Both the position numbers and the translations under genes were made by a program. The notes beneath the pieces were generated by a model that saw nothing but the letters and a program-made list of their open reading frames with translations, ran no database searches and was not told the DNA's origin. From positions 496,001-560,000 of the forward strand of contig JASTWF010000228.1 of the NCBI GenBank assembly GCA_030390025.1: a stretch of 64,000 nt of DNA, read 5' to 3'. This document shows, one piece after another, positions 22,850 through 34,877 of the stretch (the stretch's first letter is position 1; every line of letters starts with the position of its first letter). This DNA comes from Squalus acanthias. Taxonomy: Eukaryota.

Positions 22850-24850
22850 ACTTGTAAGACTGCTGCTTTCGCATTCCTTGTAGGAATTTGGATCTCACCT
22901 GTTGGTAGCGTTGGTGTAGGTGTCGGCGTCTCAACATGTGGACTTTGATCCTGAATGTTCAAATTAGATTTGTGGAGAAAATTTTGGTTAAAATGACATC
23001 TTCTTTCGTATGGCAGCTTGAAAAAGCAACATTAACTGTCGATGTCCAGTTTGTCATCCACTCTATGGCCTCTGAGTGATACAGAGTGATTGGAAAGCTA
23101 CTTTTCCAGGGAAGGAGCTTAGCGAGCAATGGTTCAGAAAATACTCCATGGAGCATCTACATGAAGTTCTGATGTGGTTCGTAGTAACCTATATTTTACG
23201 TGGCATGATGAAGCTGAGTGGTTGATATGATGAAACATCGTTGGTTCTGATTGGTAAGATCTTTAAGATCTTGTATCGATTTTCTACAGCCAGTTCATCT
23301 CTGAAATGCCATTATTCCTTTATACCAACAGGTGCATCCTACTTGAATCCCCATCACCCAAACGGGGCATTAAATGTAGTTAGCTTACTGATTTCCTCAT
23401 TGAGAGCTACCTGTCAGTATCCTAACTTGACATCGAGGACAGAGAAGACTTGTGTGTTAGCAAGTTTACATGTAATGTTTTCAGCTCTTGCTATTGAATA
23501 GTGTTCTCTATGATTGCTTTGTTTAATTCATTAGAATTGATGCATATGCAAATCTCTCAATGTCAACTGTACAAAAAGCTCAACAATGGCATTTGCTCCA
23601 TTGTCTTTTTAAAATATCTATTTTCTCTGTATGTTCCAGTTTTTTCTCAACCATGTAATGCCTATGGTACTGACTGATGTACATGGACTACTTGTGGTAC
23701 TCTGTAGTTAGCTTTATGTTTCTGTCACCTGGAGCACAACTGAAACCATCAGTAACATAACTGTACTCTTTGAATATGGTTATTGGTGAAACATTGGTAA
23801 ATTGGTCTATCTTTTCATTTTTTTCTTACTGAGCCTAGTTCCACATATAATTTCTTGCCAAAAATGTCAAAGTTCACACTTTGAATTTCAAAACATAGGG
23901 GTAGACTGACCACCATAACAGCGTTTCTCTGGGGTTTCCACAGATCTTCTACCGACGTTATGGTGGTCGATTGGGAGAATCCCTGTGGAAATTGATGGTG
24001 ATATACTTTTCCCTATTAGGTGACAGCCAATTTATTTTGCCTATCTTGCCTTTTTTTGTTTTTGATGAATGATATCAGTTGAATAGGCAGTTCCTCCAAT
24101 GCCTTGTCCTTTGAGCTGCATTCAGTTGTACTGTTGCTGGGTTATGACATTGGCTTGTGCGCTGACGTTAACCTGAAAGTTGATGTTGGTGTTGCTGGCC
24201 ATGATCTGTTGAACCCAATCATCATTATCTTTCCATTTCCAACAAAGAGTTAATATACACTTCATTTGGTGATGTTTCCTCTTGGACATAATCATTTTCA
24301 AGATCATGCATCATATTCTTTCACTGTATGTCTCCTGTGCATAACTAACATATATTTTCTAAATGTTAATTTTTCCCAAACTTATGCCATTTAGCCTTTA
24401 TGGCTGGGCATTTACCGTGTGGCAGAACATATTCAATGCTTCTTCTACTTGAAATTGTAGACCGTCTTGTCTGTATGCTTGATTGCACCTACAGATGCTG
24501 TGGCTTGTGGTCGCAATGGATCAACTGCTTCGAACAATGAAATTGGTTGCTTTAATTTAGCCTTTCATAAATCCCATTTTTCTTGACGGGGAAATGTCCT
24601 TCAAACTTTCCCATCATGGTTACATGCTTTGTGCTTTTTTTGTATATCAGGTTGTATGATGCGAGAATATCCTCCACTTTCTCCTTCATGCAGCAAATCA
24701 GCGCGTTCAGTTGTGTAATTTCAGCAACATCAGCTAGTCCTGACATGATGCAATGTGTGCTCCCAATGCTTTCTCCAGCTATGCCATTCCTCAGGCATGG
24801 ACAAATTCAATTTCACTGGAGGAGCTACAGCAGTATTGCCTTCTGTCATA
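22850..24850 (-). mobile_element. Highly decayed Ty3/Gypsy internal region (gag-protease-pol remnants); no LTRs seen
   Basis: PPVKLNLSMPEEWHSWRKHWE and QLNALICCMKEKVEDIL...KFEGHFPVKKNGIYER (gag), FQVNVSAQANVI (protease-like), WHFRDELAVEN (pol linker). Confidence 0.72.
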
Positions 24851-25328
24851 TTTTGTTTTGTTTGACACTTAACTCACTTTTCAGAATGTCCTAATAGTGT
24901 TTCACTTGCAGCTGACATGACTTTGACGTTCCTGCTTAACGTTTGCACTGGCTTTTGTTACTTTTTTCTTGCTTATTGAGAACACTTCAGCAACTCAGAT
25001 TAAGAGTTTCCTTTTCTTTCAGTGGATATGATGCAACTTAGAGTCATAGTGCTCGATTTTGCCATTGGGGGCGGGCTGGGGCATGTCAGGTGGTTTTCGT
25101 GTCAGGACCCCGACTCCGATGTGAAGTGGGAAAAAAGTGTGATTTTGCCCAAATTGGGCACTTGATTTCCAGCGTGTGGGAACCCCTGGCCCAATGAGTC
25201 TTTTCATACAGAAAGTCGCCTCCGATGATGTCATCAATGCTGCTGGATTTAAGGCCTGCAAGCAGCCTTGCTTCTTCTGGAGATTTTAAACTTTATGCCC
25301 ATTGTTGTGATCGCTTCATTCAGCAACT

Positions 25329-27302
25329 ATGTCCAGCAGTAGGCCAAAGTGTGCTCCAAGGTTCGATGAGGCCTCCCTCCAAGCTCTGGTGGAGGGAGCA
25401 AGATCAAATAAGGAGGTGCTCTTCCCTTTCTCAGGGAGGAAAAAGCCTCCCAAGCAGACTAAAGCTGTGTGGATGCAAGTGGCCCAGGAGGTCAACTCAA
25501 TGTCTATGTGCCGCAGAACCTGGCTGCAGTGCAGGAAGAGGTTTCATGACCTTCTCCGCACAGGAAAAGTGAGTATGACTTTCCCATCACCCTCAATCTG
25601 ATCCCCATCGCCTCTCCTCACCAGCACTCTGCTTTGGCAACCTCTTCCTCCATATCCCACTTGACACGGACATCCCTGCACCCTTACCCATTCCCTCTCT
25701 CTCTCGATGGTCACATTCACTTAACTATTCGTCCATGAAGCCCTCACACTCCCTATCACTGTGATGCAATGACAACAACTTACAACACACAGGGAGGGTC
25801 CTTTGTCTCCTTCTAAGCATCTATGCTATGGATTCTCTACACTCACTCCTTCATTCTCACTCAAACTCCACTTGTGTCCCTCATTGCAGGAAAAGAGAGC
25901 CCACAATAAGAGGGAAAGAGCGAGGACAGGAGGAGGGCCACCCTCAGTAGCCCAGCTCACCACCTCGGAGGAGGCAGGCCCTGGAAATCGCCGGTGTCGA
26001 GGAAGATTCGCAAGTGGGGGATGGACAGACGGGCGCATCACAGCAAGCTGGTGACAGAATAGTTTGCCATCTCTCTCATTGACATTGCATGAGTGACTGA
26101 TAATGATTCTGATACTCTAACAGATTGACTTATGATCATCTGCACAATTCAATGTGCATGCAACCTTTACCTCACATCTCTAACTCTTTCCTTTACTCCC
26201 CCACAGGACCATCGACAGCTCCCGTCCCCACTGTCCAGGAGGAACAGCCTGAGCTTCCAGACTCAGAGGAAGCTGCAACCTCTGAGGGCGCAGCGTCAGC
26301 AGAATTCAGCGCACCCAGCACCAGCGCAGACACTCACACCTCGGTGGGACCTTCGCAAGATAGTGTAGTGTTGTCACTTGGTGTATCAGAGCTCACAAGT
26401 GAGCATCAGCAGATGGTGGAGACAGGGACAGCAGTGGAGAGTCCTCGTCGGAGGGCGCAGGACTGTGCCAGCTCGGCTCAGCTGCATGTCGACCCTGTGC
26501 CTCCGGGTTCATCCAGAAGGAAAGCGGTGCTGGAACTCCAGGAACAAGTGCAGGAGTCTCTGGCAGGTTTTGTCTCCAGGGTCGCTGTGAGTGTGGAGCG
26601 AATGGAGGAGTCCATCGCTAACATGAGCAAAGCCTTTGTGGAGGCGTTGGCGCATGAACGCATCACCACGGAAAGGATGGCAACCTCTGTAGAAAGGATG
26701 GCTACCTCCATGGTAAGGCTGGCTACCGTAGAGGAGAGGATGGCTACTGTATACAAGAGGATGGCTACTTCCATGGAGGAACTTAGTCGCCAGGGTTTTG
26801 AAAACATGGACATTGTTCAGAATAGACTGACATCTCTTGAGGAGCGATGGTCAGCTATTGAGCATAGAAACCAGACCTTCATGGAAGTCCTCTGGAGTAG
26901 GACTTCCAGTGCAGAAACAGGTCCTCATGGCCCCCCTGAAGTGCAGCAAGCCACTTGCTAGCTCTGAAGTGGGGCTGACCCGTGAGAGGGCTGTTGGTGG
27001 CAGACAACAAGGAAGTGGGGGGCTCCTCTCCAAGCGCTCACACGACCATGCCACTGCAAAGTCCTCGCTCAAAGCCCCACCAGAGTCCTCACCCAACTGA
27101 GATGGGCGCCTCATCCCCTGCACAGCCGCAGGAGCAGCAGACTGTTGCCGAGCCCTCACAGGTTCGCAACCCCAGAGGACGGCCGCCAAAGGTGTCGAGA
27201 CAGGAGCAGCAAGAAAGTGAGCAAGGGGCCTCCACATCTGCTGAAGCCACAGGGGAAGCACCACGTAGGAGCACGCGTAAGAGGAAGATAATGCACAAGT
27301 AG
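25329..27302 (+). pseudogene. Harbinger Myb/SANT-like DNA-binding protein gene, 3 exons (25329-25568, 25890-26050, 26207-about 27302), frameshifted
   Basis: APRFDEASLQALVE...WMQVAQEVNS...RRTWLQCRKRFHDL | EKRAHNKRERARTGGGPP. GT-AG introns; intron 1 is phase 0, and intron 2 fits after correcting a +1 frameshift near 25973. Heptad repeats and a C-terminal RGRPPK AT-hook-like motif. Confidence 0.85.
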
Positions 27303-27561
27303 TCACAAGGGTAGTCACTTGGGTGTTATGTTGTGTTTATTTTTGAAATGCCATCAGTTGCTTGTTGTGATAAAAAAATTCTGATGGCAAACTGTTGAAG
27401 TTGTGGCCTGTGTCATTTCGCAAATGGGACTTCCACATTGAGGGCTTAGAGCGACTTGCAATTGTCAGTATGGTGGTCAGAGTAATAGGAATGCGTAGGT
27501 TCTTGTCCATTGTCGATGCTCTGGTAAGAAGGTGCGAGGCAAAAGTGTTTGATTGTGCAGG

Positions 27562-27772
27562 CTAAGCAAATCTGGCCAACATGAGTGCATCCCTTGCATC
27601 CCAGGCAGCAATGTGGTCATGCCTGGCCTGTGCAGCTTCAAGTGGGTGAGCAGCAGCTTGGCGCTCCTGTTGTTGGTGCTTCTGTTGTTCATGGTTCATG
27701 GTTCTGCTGCTGCCGCGGCTGGTCTTCGTCCGAATCTGATGTCCAGGAGGAAAGGAAATTAATGGTTCCCAT
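27562..27772 (-). pseudogene. Probable fused N- and C-terminal stubs of a Harbinger transposase
   Basis: MGTINFLSSWTSDSDEDQPRQQQ... abuts ...AAWDARDALMLARFA*. No DDE core; position and orientation are those expected of the transposase. Confidence 0.55.
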
Positions 27773-28291
27773 GCTTCTGGTATATGCCTCAGTTGAGGAA
27801 GCACTCAGTCAAGGTGGGGGGGAGGGGTTTCCCAGGAGGTCACACTGGAGATGGGTGTCAGGCTCCAAACTTCCACAACAATGAGTATGCCTGTTAAAGT
27901 TCCCCCAGACCTGAGACAACAAAGTTCTGCCACCTGCAAATGATCATTGGTGAAAACTCCTTTGTAATGGTGGAGCTGCAGCTGTTCGTAAGCAATCCAC
28001 TTGTGAGGCCGCCAGGATTAACTGGCATGTTCCAGAGGAGACGTGCAGGATGGGGGAAAAGTGTTAAAATCAGAAAGGCCTCTCAAAATGCGATTATAAA
28101 GGTGATTAAGTGGTTGTTAAGGGCCTTATGGGCCTATCCTGCCTCTTGGAGGTGGGATGGAAACGGGATCTGAAACCCCGATTCTGGGAAAATTGCTCGG
28201 AGGCGGGATCGGAACCGCCTGCCATTTTTTGCAATTTTAACACCTCACACGCCTCCAATCCCGCCTCCTCAGGCCTGGCAAAATCGAGCCC

Positions 28292-28995
28292 ATAGAGTCA
28301 TAGAGTCATAACGGCAAAGAAGGAGGCCATTCGGCCCATCGAGTCTGTGCCGGCTCTCTGTGGAGCAATCCATTCAGTCCCATTCCCCCGCTCTATCCCC
28401 ATAGCCCTGCAAGTTTATTTCCCTCAAGTGCTTATCCAGTCTCCCTGTCTCCGCTTCCACCACTTCTGTCGGCAGCGAGTTCCAGGTCCTCACCACTCGC
28501 TGCGTAAAAAACGTTTTCCTCACAACCCCCCTGTATCTCTTGCCTAAAACCTTAAATCTGTGTCCCCTAGTCCTTGTACTATCAACTAGTGGGAACAGCC
28601 TTTCCCCGTCCAGCCTATCCAAACCAGTCATAATCTTGTACAGCTCCATCAAATCACCCCTCAACCTCCTTTGCTCTAATGAAAACAAATCCAGCTTCTC
28701 TAACCTGTCCTTGTAGCTAAGATCCCCCATCCCCGGAACCATTCTGGTAAATCTCCTCTGCATCCTCTCAAGGGCCTTCACATCCTTCCTAAAGTGTGGT
28801 GACCAGAACTGGACGCAATACTCTTGTTGTGGCCTAACCACCGCTTCATAAAGGTTCAGCATAACTTCTCTACTTTTGTACTCAATACCTCTATTTATGA
28901 ATCCCAAGATCCCATATGCTTTGTTAACCACTCTTCCAATATGTCCTGCCACCTTCAGGGACCCATGCACATTAACTCCCAGGCCCCTCTGTCCC
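28292..28995 (-). mobile_element. CR1 3' part
   Basis: AYGILGFINRGIEYKS...FFTQRVVRTWNSLP. The (tagagtca)n tail is split by the Harbinger. Confidence 0.92.
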
Positions 28996-29208
28996 TGTCC
29001 CTTCTGACAATATATAAAGTTTTGAGATTTCAGTGATCCACACACAGACTAATAACACATAGAATCGTAACAGGATGTGCCTAACTTTCTTAAGAAAGAA
29101 CTTGCATTAATGTAGCACCTTTCATGTAGGAAACACAGCAGCCAATTTGCACACAGCAAGATCCCACAAACAGCAATGAAATAAAGGGATAAATGTTGGC
29201 CAAGACAC

Positions 29209-30503
29209 CGCACTTCTGCTCTCACCCCTTCCCCTCCCTCCCAGAACCATGATAGGGTTCCCCTTGTCCTCACTTTTCACCCCACCAGCCTCCACATTCA
29301 ACGAATCATCCTCCGCCATTTCCGCCACCTCCAACGTGATCCCACCACCAAACGCATCTTCCCCTCACCTCCCCTTTCAGCATTCCGAAGGGACCGCTCC
29401 CTCCGTGACACTCTGGTCCACTCCTCAATCACCCCTAACAGCCCTTCCCCTTCACCTGGCACCTTCCCATGCAAGCGCAGGAGATGCAACACATGCCCTT
29501 TTCCCTCCTCCCTTCCCACTGTCCAGGGCCCCAAACACCCCTTCCAGGTGAAACAGCGATTTACTTGTACTTCTTGCAATTTAGTACAGGAAACTCTTTA
29601 TTAACCGGCACCGATGGGACCGGCATGGTGCTGGTTTATCAAAAAGTCCGGATAACGGAGAGTAACATCTACCAACGTACGAGAGCCCCGTACACATTGA
29701 CATGCGCCTGCATTCGGAGCTCCATCTCCCCGGGGACCGCCAGCTGACCATCTGTCGTGTCCGCTGCCTACCCGGGCTGCACATTCCCCTCCCAATCTAC
29801 ACGCTCCGATACAAGGCAAACGCCTCGGGGTTTTTTTTAAAGTTAATCTTAAACGAGAGATGAAGGAAAACCCCGGTTACCTACTCAAGAATTTTGCCGG
29901 CTAAGAGAGATTTCTGGATATTTGGGTGCCGGTTAATAAAGAGTTTCCTGTATACTGTATTCGCTGCTCACAATGCGGTCTCCTCTACATTGGGGAGACC
30001 TAACGCAGATTGGGCGACCACTTTGTGGAACACCTCCGTTCAGTCCGTAAGGGTGACCCTGAGCTTCCGGTCGTCTGTCACTTTAATTCACCGCTTCACT
30101 CCCACTCTGATCTCTCTGTCCTCGGCCTATTACATTGTTACAATGAAGCTCAACATAAGCTCGAGGAACAGCACCTCATCTTTCGATTAGGCCCTTTACA
30201 GCCTTCTGGACTCAACATTGAGTTCAACAATTTCAAACTATAACCCCTGCCCCCATTTTTCATGCTGTATGATTTTGCCATTCCCATTTGCAACATTTTA
30301 TCTTTCCTGCCTCTTACAAAAGCACAGTATGTTCCTTCAATTCCTTCCTCCCCTCCCCCCTGTCTCTGCACCTGCTTAATATCTGTTACATTTCCAGCTT
30401 TTTCCAGTTCTGACGAAGGGTCACAGACCTGAAACGTTAACTCTGTTTCTCTCTCCACGGATGCTGCCTGGCCTGCTGAGTGTTTCCAGCGTTTTCTGTT
30501 GTT
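29209..30503 (+). mobile_element. Penelope-like element 3' part (GIY-YIG, pLTR with hammerhead motif at 30406-30442)
   Basis: DRVPLVLTFHP...GTFPCKRRRCNTCP...FTCTSCNLV|YCIRCSQCGLLYIGET; agtt-CTGACGA-agggtcacagacct-GAAACGTT-aact. Confidence 0.88.
29587..29950. mobile_element. 364-bp Tc1/mariner (Tigger/pogo-like) MITE
   Basis: Perfect 26-bp TIR caggaaactctttattaaccggcacc and TA TSD. Removing it restores the PLE reading frame. Confidence 0.92.
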
Positions 30504-31176
30504 ACACCAGGAGCATTCCCCTGCTCTTCTTCAAATAGTGCTGTGGGATCTCTTATGTCCATTTGAGAGGGCAGAGTTGGTTTAATGTCTCATCCAAAAG
30601 ACAAGGGAAACTAACAGATCAAGAGACAGGTAAATGTAATGGATCATAGAGATGCGAATGCATTGCACTCTGCTACAGGTGTCCAATTTTTTCTTTTGGT
30701 CACTTTGGTGCATAGAAACATGCTTAACCTTCTCCAAACCAATCTATTGAGAAGTATGCACACACTCCTCGTAGAGACATTCCCCGTTTATTTAACTCTG
30801 GAGAGCTTATATTGTTATACCCCCTGACAAATCCCAACTCTTGGAGATGTGCAGTTTCTGAAACCCAGTCATGTGACGCACCAAAGCATGGATATATAAA
30901 TATGTGTTCTTATACCTGGCCTCCTGGTAATGTCTTCAAGCAGCTGCTGACCAAAGGCTCAAAGTTTCTTCTTCAGATATACAATGGACATCTGCCTTCA
31001 GTATGGTGGAAGGAATTACATGAAATAACCGTCTTCTTGTTATAGATGTCCAAATCCAGTGCCACGTGCCAGGCTTACTTATCACCAACTGCTTAATCAA
31101 GGTAATTTAAAAGGTTTTGGCAAAGAAACATGCCTACCTTGAGAGGCTGCTATCCTTCCAAGGTGCTCAATAACAT

Positions 31177-31233
31177 ACGTTTCAGGTCAATGACCTTTCA
31201 TCAGAACTGATGAAAAGTCATCAACCTGAAATG
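31177..31233. repeat. Palindromic PLE remnant with two back-to-back hammerhead cores
   Basis: acgtttcaggtcaatgacctttcatcag-aa-ctgatgaaaagtcatcaacctgaaatg. Confidence 0.7.
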
Positions 31234-31249
31234 GTGATTCTTCTTCACA

Positions 31250-31570
31250 TGTGAGCTTTGATAGTGAGTGCTGGCAGGCTATTTGACTGTTGGGGCATCA
31301 CAACTGAGCTCAATCATGTTCTTAATCTAATTGCCCATACATGCACTTTCCAGCAGGACTGCTTTTATAGAAATCAAGAATTGAAACCTTGGCTGATTTT
31401 TCCTCTCACTAGATTGGGGCATTGTGGCCCTTTGCAACAGCCAATGTGTTGCTTTGGGTGAAATTAGCTGAACTCCACACAGACTGGGGATTGAAGCTGG
31501 TTTATTCTCGGGCTGTAGTAGTCTGGCTCAGTACCACACCAGCAATTCCATTTGCCATTGTGCTATCAGG
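31250..31570 (-). mobile_element. Old SINE-like repeat (related copies at about 49190-49420 and 50205-50520 on +)
   Basis: Loose shared motifs by eye (tagcctgccagcactcac, gctggaa..tg..tgt). Confidence 0.45.
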
Positions 31571-33256
31571 GTAGTGGAAAGCAATTTTATACAAAATATT
31601 TTACCTCAGATTTCTTATCAGTTATTTTGTTCTGCTTAACCCCTTGAAATACTTCAGTAGCTTTTGAAAATTATTTCTTTATCAGTGGTTTTAAAACACA
31701 ATATTATGAAGTAAAATCAGATAGCTGACCGGACCAGACAACAGTTCTTAATCACGGTGTCATTAAAAAGAATTGTAGCCTTATTTTTTTTTCATCTCTG
31801 TGCTACTGCCATCTTCAAAAGGTTAAACCACAAATTATCCTTCACACTGTAAAGGTTAGAAGTGTTAAATCAGGGTTTTTAAAAATAATTTGAAGGCTGA
31901 ATTTCAGGCAGGCATCAGGCTGTACTTCTGATCAATAAAATGTCAGAATACTCATTACACCAATGCTGCTAAAAAGAGAAAAATTGCAGGATTCAAAAAG
32001 CATGAAGGGTTCCATTATACCTCTACAATAAATGGTGACCTTTGGGCTACAGGTTTATTTATTGTGCATCCCTGTTTCCAAATGTACTGTACTTTTACTT
32101 CTGCGGACTGCCCATCATTTATATCTCTATCAATTTAGGTCGAATTGAGTGGTGATGTCTCTCTTTATTTTTCAGGCTCTGTTCCCAAGCTTGTATCATC
32201 ACAATGCTGCAAGATAACACTGAGTGGATTTTATTGGCTGGAATTCAGGTCATTGACCTGTGTTTTGGATGGTTGCCAGGCATGCAGTTAAAGCTGAGTT
32301 AGACTATCTCCCTAAAGGGTAATTACAGCAGGTTTCCTGCATCCGGAGGTTCATTTGCATTATGTTATGTGCCTATTTGAGAAATTTCTACTGGTAGCCT
32401 ACATACCTGTTGAAAACTATTGTTGAGTAAATGGTAGCCAATCATATTATTATAAAAATTATATTTTGCTTACTTTAGTTTACTTTTGAGGTTTAATAAT
32501 TTTATTAAATGTTTAAATTGTAAAATCCTTTGGAGAAAAAAAATCGCAATTAAATCTTATGGGGGGGGGCAAATTGATAAATTTGATCAGGCATCTGGCA
32601 AAGGGTTCAAATATCAGGGGACGAAAGTTAACAATTAGAGAGTTAGGAGTAAAGAGGGAAAGTTAGGTGGAACTTTTTCAACAACATGGTAATAGATTTG
32701 TGGGTTACATTACCAGGGAAGGCCTATGAAGCTTGCAGGATAAATTGGTTTAAAAGACAATTAGACGTATTTTTTGATGAGAGAAGGAATTGAGGGACAT
32801 AGTGAAAAGGGTGGGCGGATTTTTTATATAGTAGCAGATGTCCTGTGGTGATGCCTATGGTGAGTCAGAGGAGTTGATGTAATTTAACAATAGTTATTCC
32901 ATGTAACACACAATGCACTATCAGGGTCACTGATTTATGGCGACTGAATAAGCCAAGTTCTGTTTTTATTCATATTTCTTGGGTTTTGGGGATTAAATTC
33001 TGCAACTGTTGATTTTTCTGTGAAAATGGTAAATCAATGACCCTGATTATTTTTATATTCATAAATGAATGGCCTTTATTTTATATATAGTCCTTTAATT
33101 TTTTTATGCCATTTCTTTTTTTAAAGCTGATGATACACAGCAATAAGTTATGCAAGGCATAATATAGATCAGAGGTAGCGACTTGGACCTAGAATTTCCT
33201 CAATGTAATGTGCACAGCTATTGCCCATTTAAGAATATCATTGTACCCACTGCTGG

Positions 33257-33725
33257 CCTGCAAAACTCTACTACCCATATCCTAACTCACACCAAGTTTC
33301 ATTAACCCATCACCTCTGTGTTCACTGATCTACATTGGCTCCCGGTCCAGCAACGCCTCGATTTTAAAATTCTCATCCTCCTGTTCAAATCCCTCTATGG
33401 CCTCACTCCTTCCTATTTCTGTAACCTCCTCCAGCCCTACAACCCTCCAATAACTTCTGGCCTCTTGTGCACCCCCAGTTCCTTCGACCCACCATTGGTA
33501 GCCGTGCCTTCAGCCATCTAGGCCCTAAGCTCTGGAACTTCCTCCCTAAACCTCTTCGCCTCTCCCCTCTTTAAAGACGCTCCTTAAAACCTACATCTTT
33601 GAACAAGCTTTTAGTCACCTTTCCTCATGTCTCTTTCTTTGGCTCAGTGTTAATTTTTTTTCTGATTATGCTCCTTTGAAGCATCTTGGGGCGTTTTACT
33701 ACGTTAAAGACGCTATATAAATACA
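33257..33725 (+). mobile_element. L2 LINE 3' end
   Basis: FTDLHWLPVQQRLDFKILILLFKSLYGL; tail gacgctatataaatac. Confidence 0.88.
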
Positions 33726-34877
33726 CACTTGGGCTAGGGTAGGGAAGAAAGTCATACAAGGTTTGTGCTCCTAATCCAAATGCAGTGTTATCTGTTAGAA
33801 AGTTTGCTTCTCTATCTGAGTTCACACATGAAAAATGGCCGTTTGTGTAAAATAGTGTCGACCACTGTTGCCAGCATGAATCAGAACCTTCAGGGGAGGA
33901 GGGAAGAAAAGGTGAGAAATTGGGTGGGGGCGAGAGGAAATAAAAAGGAGCTGAATTGACAGGCAATAATTAACCCAGGGTACTTCATTGATTATATAGT
34001 GTGTGTATGTTAATTAAATCTCTTGCACTGTTGGGGTCAGTAACTCATCGAAGCCAATTATGCCATCACTACTCCTGTTTAAATAAATATCCATTAATCA
34101 CTGAAAGAGACAGAAAAAATCTAAAGGATGTTGGAACTAATCATAATTCTGTGTGACTGCCTTTTTAAAGGAATTCTTGTATCAACACTTCCTCTTAATC
34201 ATCACTTTCATTCAGGTTTGATTAACAGGCTGTGTTCAAAAATTATAACCATCTAATTGCTGGATTTTGTTTACAGCTTAAAAAATATTATTTTTGTCTA
34301 CTATCTGCAGTAATAAGAACAATTGAATAATTGCTAAGTAAAGTATGTGTTTTTGATTAAAATTAGCCTTCTCCAGGTCTTAATTCCTTCTCTCAGGCTG
34401 ATAATTAAAGGTATCTATAGATCAGCAGTCTGTTGATTCTTCTGAACGTCTGTAAGTTAATTGTCAAAATCTTTAAAACCTGGTGGACACATTGATAAAG
34501 TTGTCTTGAAAAGCACAGAAGATCCTAGGATTTATAAATTGAGGCATAGAATACAAAAGCAAAGAGCCAATGTGAAACCTATGCCGATCATTGTTTAGGC
34601 TACAGTTAGAATATTAGGGGAGGTTTTCCTGGGCTTGTGCCCAGACACACTGGATTGTCTGGGGGATTTTTTTCACAGGATATGAACATACAAAAATGAC
34701 AAGCAGGAAAAGACCAGCTGGTGCATCAAGCCTGCCCCACAATCATACTGCCTGAAGCGTCATGACTAGACATTTCCTACTCTATGGCTAGGAATTTCTT
34801 CGGAGCTGCTCCTGCTCTGCTACCATAACTTCTTCGGAAGTGCAGAGGAAACGGGAAATTTTAACCTAAACCGCCCA

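Larger units (their letters stand above)
25049..28291. mobile_element. PIF/Harbinger transposon, 3243 bp, internally deleted
   Basis: 16-bp TIRs gtgctcgattttgcca / tggcaaaatcgagccc (1 mismatch), TSD ATA, convergent Myb/SANT gene and transposase stub. Confidence 0.92.
29092..30603 (-). mobile_element. Deu-domain SINE split by a Penelope-like insertion (pieces 29092-29208 and 30504-30603)
   Basis: Both pieces are collinear with the copy at 38753-39150. Confidence 0.75.

Noticed and set aside
25329-26961. Domesticated host NAIF1/MSANTD gene
   Set aside because: It lies inside intact TIRs and a TSD and carries frameshifts.
32176-32248. Exon candidate after tttatttttcag
   Set aside because: Weak donor (gtcatt) and no recognisable protein.
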